Source: Gekko japonicus (taxonomy: Eukaryota). From it: a stretch of DNA of 64,000 nucleotides. The notes under the pieces are model-generated. The model did no database searches. It was not told where the DNA came from and was given only the letters and a program-made list of their open reading frames with translations. Positions 56,672-64,000 of the stretch are shown one piece after another (positions within the stretch are counted from its first letter, which is position 1; every line of letters starts with the position of its first letter). A program made the position numbers and the translations under genes. The stretch spans positions 248,001-312,000 of the forward strand of contig NW_015176464.1 in assembly GCF_001447785.1 (NCBI RefSeq), written 5' to 3'.

Positions 56672-56966
56672 AGAGGAGGAGGAGGAGGAGGAGAGGAGGT
56701 TGGATTTATACCCCGCCCTCCACTACTCAGAGGAGTCTCAGAATGGCTTACAAACTCCTTTCCCTTCCCCTCCCCACAACAGACACCCTGTGAGGTAGGT
56801 GGGGCTGAGAGAGCTCTTGACAGAAACTGCTCGTTTTCAAGAACAGCTGTGCCAGAGTTATGGCTTGCCCAAGGTCATCCAGCCAGGTGCAAGTGGAGGA
56901 GCGGGGAATCAAACCCGGTTCTCCCAGATTAGAGTCCGCGCACTTAACCACTACACCAAACTGGCT
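56672..56966 (-). mobile_element. Squam3-like SINE
   Basis: Same head and body; GGA-type tail. Confidence 0.85.
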
Positions 56967-59199
56967 CTGGCGACAGACAGTAGTTTTGATCAGAGTGGTC
57001 GCAGAGAGGCTTCACTGGCCAGAGTCTACACACATTCATGTTACCTCTGGGTTAAACAAGTCTGACAGGTTTTTAGGATACCGAAACCAGTGTGGTGCAG
57101 GGATCAAAGTGTAGGGCCTGGGAGACCCAGGTTCAAATCCCCACTCCTGCCACACAAGTTTGCTGGGTGACCTTGGGCAAGTCACTCCCTCACAGCCTGA
57201 CCTACCTCCCAGGGCTGTTGAGAGGATAAAATGAAGGAAGAGAGAATTATGCTGCAAGCTGCTGTGGGGCCTCCCTGGAGTGACCAACAGGCTATAAATA
57301 TTCAAATAAGTAAATATAATCCTAACACCTGTTGGGACGAGTGAGCAACAAACAGGCCGTGTTCCAGTATGGTGCACTTGTTAGAATGTTGGACTAGCAT
57401 TTGGGAGACCCGAGTTCAAATCCTTTCTCAGGTCTGAAGCTCCCTGGGTGACCTGAGGCCAGTCCTCTCTCAACTAGCCTACCTCACAGGGTTGTGAGGA
57501 TAAAATGGAGGAGTGAAGGGCCATATATGGTGCCTTGAGCTTATTAGGTGATCCCCCTTTCCAAGTGCTTTCAGTTGTGGGGGCAGGCGGGGGGAATCTG
57601 TCTCCAGCCTGAAAGTAACACGTACATCCAATATTTCTGAGTTCTCCCCCCTGAATGGTACCATATTTTAATACCAAAACTATATGGACTTTAATATTTA
57701 ATAAGGATTTTTATTATTTCCTAAGGCTTATTGCTGATTCCACCCCACCCCGTTCTTTTTGTTAGTGTCCTGGTTGCTGCTTTAATATTTGTTTTCTCAC
57801 TTCTGCTTTTATCTGCTCGCTGCTTTAATTCTTTTCTCTTTTATACTGGGCTTCTTTCTCTTTGCACTGAGATGTGTCTTATTTACTTTGTTGTCAAGCT
57901 GCCCTGGGTGTTTTTAACGAAGACCTCGGAATATAAAACATTTTAAAAGACATTCTTACAACTACCCTGTAAGGCAGGCTGCAGGCTGACTTCTTCCCAT
58001 GTGACTGACATCAGCAGACTGCAAGAGAGAAGCTAGTGCTAGCTTAAAGCAACCTACAAATTCATGGCTGAAGTGAAATTTTTAACAGGAGCCAATCTCT
58101 TAATGCTTTGAACTAACATGTCGCTTTAAATGCATATGGGGGTGCTTAACCACAAGTTCCAATGCTCACCTATAGCAATTAAATAAATGCAATTTGCACC
58201 TTGCCAGGGATACACAGTACCATCTGCTCTGACGCCATGACATTTCATGAACTGAGACCCACTGCTGAAGTTCTGACACGATTGCAAGGGTTTAAGTAAG
58301 GATTCTGATTCTTCTGTTTGACATGACATCAGATGAGTTTTTGATGCTTGGTGTGGAAGAAAAAAATTAAACAAAATGCTAATTCTACATTCATTATTCA
58401 CATTATTTCTCACTGGGACTCAAGGCAGATTACACAGAGCATAATATGTAGCATATCTGTGGGGGGGGGGGTTTAAGTGTTTCACATGTACTACTTCAGT
58501 AATGCTTAGAACATCTCTGTAAGGTAGGTCAATATTATAGCCCCATATTTAATTGCTGGCAGGTGGGGACTTCTTTATGCTATGGTAGTAATACTTAATA
58601 TCTATACCGCACTTTTTGGGTTCAAAGTGCTTCACTTTAATGAGGTTGATCCTATAAACACTGACAAGAGGGGGAATCATCCGTAATTAGCTTCTTTGTT
58701 GGGGCTTTCTGTCTCCCCTGAACCCCAACAATGCCCTTGCAGGAGTCGCAGGGAGTGGTGGGAGGGGAAATCTACTTTTGCAAGCAGCATGTTCGTAGGA
58801 TCCAACCAGAACTATGATCCCAATACTCCTTACAACATAAGGTAGGCCAGTATTGTTATCCCCATATCCTGAGACAGGAGACTCAGAGAGATTTGCCTAA
58901 GACCAGTTAGTAACTTTAGGACTGGGACTTAAACCAGCAGCCTCAGGGACTGCAGCCTCAAAGCTGGGCTTCTTAACCACTATGCTAAACCAGCTGAATA
59001 GCTGAGGTTAACAGGGGCTTTCCAAATCACAGTTCAGTCCGTCTTCTACACCAGCTCTCCGATCCAGGAAATGCAACCCTTCATTTCTGTGTCACATGTG
59101 ACAGCTGCGTGCCTCCTAAAGAAACATTTCTCAAGGTGTGTGTGTGCGTGTTTCTTAAAAGTGAATATTATTTTTATTCGGCCCCTGGTAAAAACAACC

Positions 59200-60000
59200 T
59201 GCTGCTCCCACCCGCGTGCACAAACCTTAGCGCGCCCTTTTGCGCCTGCCTCCTCGCCGCCGGGAGGATTTTTCACGACGGGACGATCAGGACCTTGAAA
59301 AAGCAACCAAGATGGCCAAAGCGTCCCAGGGAAGAATGACAGCCCCCTTGGCGAAGCTCCCTTTCCAGACGCACCTTCAGGGCAGGGGATGCTGCTGGGA
59401 CGCGGCGGCCGGCATCCCCAGCCTGGGGAAAAAAAATCTCCGCGGGCGGCTTAACATGCGCGGCCGCCCGCGGGGCTCCTCGGCCAGTCCCTCCTGCAGC
59501 CGCCGCTCCTTCCGTGCGTCGCCGCCGCCGCTTCCAGGCAGCGCCTCGACAAGTTCCTTTTGTGCAAAGTTTGCCACCGCCGGTGAGTTTCGCCGCACGC
59601 TGGAAATGCCGCCGCGTGACCTTTGCTCTCCCCTCCTGACTAAGCCCGCTGCAGCCGCGGCGTGTGATTGCAGGGCGGCTGGGAGGCGAGAAGCGACCCC
59701 TCTCGTGGGGAGAAGGAAGCGGGCGCGGGGTCGTCGCGGCCGGCCAGGAGGAGGAGGAGGAGGCGGCTGCAGCAGGCGCCACAAACAAGCCACAGGGGCC
59801 GCCGCAAACGAAGGAACCCGGAAAACCGGTTGAGCCGGGCACACTCTGCAAGGCGGCCACTGCCCAAGGACAACTAGGGACCGTCGCCGGAGGCAGCCTT
59901 CCAGGCAGCGTTGTCTAGCGGCGACAGCCTTGGACTCGGATCTGGAAGAAGAGCCAGGTCGGAATCCCCCCACCCCTCTGCCTTGGAAGCTCCCTGTGGG
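59200..60000. promoter_or_regulatory. CpG island (possible distal SOWAHD promoter/first exon)
   Basis: Very GC- and CpG-rich, GGA run, no TE hallmarks; minus-strand donor AAG|GTGCGT at 59375/59374. Confidence 0.6.
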
Positions 60001-63000
60001 GTGACTTCGGGCCTGTCACACGCAGCCGAGGCCGCCTTACAGGGTTGTTGTGAGGATAAAAGGGAGAAGAGGAGAATGATGTGCGCTGCTTTGGGTCTCC
60101 TCTGGAGAGACAAGTGGGGCAGAGAGTTCTAAAGAAACAAAAAAAACGTGTGTGTGTGTGGGGGGGAAACAAGCTTCACATAGCCAATGTGGTGTAAGAG
60201 CCTTGGGAGACCCCACTCTACCCCGAAGCTCCATAGGCGACCTTGGTCCAGTCTTCACAGAGGTGTTGTGAAGGCAAAACAGGCTAGGTGAGAGTCATGA
60301 ATGCTTTTCTGAACTCCTTGGAGGTAGAGCAGGATGAAAATAAGATTGAGTGGAAGAGATAGGAAAATATGCTGATGATGAGAAGATTGGGGTTTCTTAC
60401 AGAGAACCCTTCAAAATTAAATGCCAGGTTGTTTCAGGGAATGTTGTGACAATCAATGCTATTATCACCCATGTGCTGTAAAACACAGGCAGGTTGACCA
60501 GTGATTGTAAATCACCCTTCCTGCCTGGCCATTCATCCATTCAGAATCCCTGTACATTTCAAATTTCTTCTAAATTTTACATCCATTAGAAACCAGATAC
60601 GCATTTAGAACCTCCTTTCCTTTCTTTAGATAATTATACCCTTTTTTCTCCTTGATGGGGACCCAGAATAGCTTCCAATAATGTTGTCCCCTCTCCCATT
60701 TTATCCTCACAACCACCCTAAGAGATAAGTTACGTTGAGAGAGAGAGTGTGTGACTGTCCCAAAGTCATCCAGCAAGCTTCCATGGCAGAGTGGGGATTA
60801 AAACCTGGGTCACTGACATCTGACCTAATCTTGCTTTGTAATGACTATTTGTCACCCATGAGCACCAACAGCAGGAGAAAGATTAAAGTGGTACATCTGA
60901 ATTTAAACCTCTCAGAAAAGATCTTTAAACTTAGCATCTAAATCAAAATAGGGTTGTTGGGTTGAACACTTTACTTCATGGATGATCTCCTGGTTTGTCT
61001 GAGGTATTTCACTCCAACTACCCTTTGCAGAAAGAATGAGACCTGTCTACCTTCTAGGGTTGTTGCTGACATAATGACTGAGAAGCACACTAACCCTACA
61101 CACCGAGTATTGTTATTTACACGTGCACACATTTCTATGGCTACAGATTCCAGAAGATTAGCCATTTTAGGGTGTGGCAGAAACTGAAGAGAAATCAAGT
61201 GCAGTATAAGGGGTTTGAGACAAAGAGTTGATAAAACCGGAAGTTACACCTCTCCACTGTATTAAACAAACTGAGTGACCTGAGTATTGCGTCAGCACCC
61301 TCCCCACCCATAATCAAAGTGGAAATAATGAAACTTATCTAATGAAGAAAATGGTTTTAAGGCAGATTACAGAGATTGTGTATGGGGAACGCTTTGAATG
61401 CTCAAAGCTACTATAGGTGAGTGTTACAAAGTCCTGTGGCTTCTGGTGGCCACAGTCTTGGTAGCCATCTGCACACAGGGAAGCCGAGCCATGATTACAT
61501 TTCTAAGGCACTCTCTGTATAGATCCCCTCAGGAGGTTCCCCTTCCAAGTACGGACCAGACCTACTTAGCAACAGGAAGGCCAGCCAGTACGTCGTGACT
61601 CCTGCCAACCAGACCCCAATGATCTGCCCTCCCTTGGTTTCTTGCATTGCTGGGAAGTCAAGCATTTCCTTATAATAGCACTGCCACTTTCTCAGCAAAG
61701 GAGGATTGCTTAATCATTACCCACAGTTCCTGGTTTGCAAGGAGATAACAGTTACCAACTGCCTTTGGCGAGGCCTGAGTGAGACGAGGTGGCAGCCAGG
61801 CCCCCTCCATTGCGCCCAGAGTTTGCTCCAGTGGTGAACCCCTTCCTCCCAGCTAGAGGGAGTTTCCCCTTTTTCATGCCCCTGGGATTCAGTTCCAGCT
61901 ACCAACTGCCACCACTAAAGACAGAGAGAGGAGCAGCCAGCCAGCCTTCTTTCAGGCCTAGGTTCGGACATCACTGAAAATCTCTCTGTGGAGCTCCTGT
62001 TAAAATCAGATTTTAGTTTTCTCTTGTCAGTTTGGAATTGCTGTAAACTGCCTTGGGATCGGGAACCCAATTTTGACTGAAAAGTAGGATTAAAATATGA
62101 GAACATGTGAATGAAAGTGAGGGTCAGGAGTGTCCCAAAAGAAAAGAAAAAAAGACAACTTTTAGGATGGTTGGTGCCATTCATGCTGGTCTTAGAGAGA
62201 ACCTCTGTGTAGAAACAGAGGTACTGTAAACTTTCAGGAGTTCACTCAAACCCATTCCGTTTGCAAAGTTGCTAGCTGCAGTGCTGTCTAGTGGCCAACC
62301 TCTAAGTTGCAGATAAATACGAAACAACAGTCGCAATGAAAATGGAAAGGATTTTGGCGAAATCACAAAAGACAAAGTGGAAATCCAAACAACTGTATCC
62401 AAACCAGGACACTGAATTAACACTCCACGTACCATTTCAACACAGTATAGGATGGGCCATTAGTAATTTATTACCTTATATCCCCTTGCCCTTATATACT
62501 TTACTAAGCCAGAGGAGGAAGATGGAAAGCATAGCTGAACAATCTCATCCTCACAGCAGCCTTGTGAGGCGGGCTATGCTGAGAGTGGTTGGCCTAAGAT
62601 CAGTCAGTGAGCCTCACAGCATGGTGGGGATTTGCAGTGAGACTTCTGCAGTCCAAATCCAACACTTCAGCCATTGCTTCACACCCGCTCCGAAAAGAAT
62701 TGCACTCACTCATTTGTTCACTGGATTTACCGAATATATCCCTAATCAGCGTACAAAGTCTTCCAAGCTGTTTACAAAGCAAAGTAAAATCCTTTGATCA
62801 ATCAAAACAACCCCCCCATAAAGTAGCAAAGAAAGTGCATAAAAACAAGTAGAACTACACAGGAAAGGGAACAACTGGCTCCTTTAAAATGCCTCCCCCC
62901 CCCAACATAATAAAAATATCTTCACCAGCCTTTCAGAAACAAAGAGAGAGAGCGGAATGGGGAAAGGAGTCAGCAGAAGACATTTCGCCTTTGAGGGCCA

Positions 63001-64000
63001 ACAACAGAAGAACTTGGGGGAAAAGGAATGTAGCAGGATCAGGGCTTCATCTGCATATGTCAATATAGTATGACCCGTCTTTTGCAGCTGACAGTTGCTC
63101 AAAGCCTCCGGGATGACCAAATCCTGGTTCTCTCAGATGGCAGATGAAGTGTTAATCTTGATTCTGGATGGAACCATTTCTGACTGAACATTCCTTTGTA
63201 TATTGAAAAAATGTTCCGTATGTAGACTGCTAGCACACTGGGGAGAAGAATTCTCACCTACCTGTCTCACTGCTGTGTGTTTTTCTATATGCAGGGAGGA
63301 TCACAAAGGGCTAGACAAGATGTTTTAAAACACAAGCTGGGAATTCAGAGCTAGTACATTTGGCAATAGGTCATTATAATCTCATTGCACTCTATAGCGA
63401 TCTAGCAATTACCAACTTTTTAAAAAGCCTGACAAAGTCCTCTGGTGGCAGGGGGCAAATGAGGCAAGGAAGTGCTGTGTGAATGCCCCATTGCCCACCT
63501 GAATGCAGAGGCATTTGCAGTTTAACAGGAGCTACAAAGAGAATTGTCTCCTTGTGGAAGCCGCCCAATCCCAACTGGCACTACTTCTGTCATCCTGAAG
63601 TTCAAATATAACAGGAATGAGGAACTGGCTAGTGCAGGGATGATTCTCTCTTACTGCAGAGCTCCATCATCTCCCCCCCCCCCAGTATTTTATTTATTGA
63701 TTGGTTCTTATTTAAAATATTTGCATTCTGCTTTTTGATTAATGTATGTTCAAAAGATGGCTAACCAAAACCGGATTAATAACAGGTCATAACAATTAAA
63801 ACCAATAAGAGGTCACTGCCAAGGGCAGAAAGCAGAGACATTTAACCGCGGGCCCCAAATGCTGTTCTAACTGCTTCATCCTGGTGACCAAAACAGTGAG
63901 GGAAGCAGCAGTTCCCTCTGATAGGTGGCTACACTGCAGGAGTCAGCATCCTTTTGTAAATAAAGCACCAAACAACGTCAACATTCAGAGTAAGAGAAAA

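Noticed and set aside
59240-59973. Three overlapping ~195-aa ORFs
   Set aside because: Low-complexity Arg/Pro/Ala/Gly frames on both strands, expected in a CpG island; no recognisable domain.
60200-64000. Possible SEPTIN6 exons expected from synteny
   Set aside because: No septin-like coding sequence recognised; only old SINE fragments and unique non-coding DNA.

Overview
Vertebrate genomic DNA, almost certainly squamate and probably a gecko (Sauria SINE, Squam3-like SINEs, squamate-type CR1/L2/Penelope). It is syntenic with human Xq24 in reversed orientation: AKAP14 (-, 5 coding exons), an extra 5-exon gene for a secreted, probably GPI-anchored single reeler-domain protein (+; no equivalent known to me at the human locus), NDUFA1 (-, 3 exons) head-to-head with UPF3B (+, 10 exons) with no RNF113A between them, RPL39 (+, 3 exons) hosting SNORA69, SOWAHD (-, single coding exon) and an orphan CpG island at ~59.2-60.0 kb. 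Exon structures were assembled by hand from splice sites and reading frame; gene names come from recognising the proteins, not from a database search. The window is dense in SINEs, L2/CR1/Penelope fragments and hAT/Harbinger MITEs, with three N gaps (27958-28768, 49694-49866, 50327-50339). Most interesting: the reeler/GPI gene; a GC/GT tandem donor and a candidate poison exon in the NMD factor UPF3B; and a SINE-associated ~200-bp inverted duplication in RPL39 intron 1.
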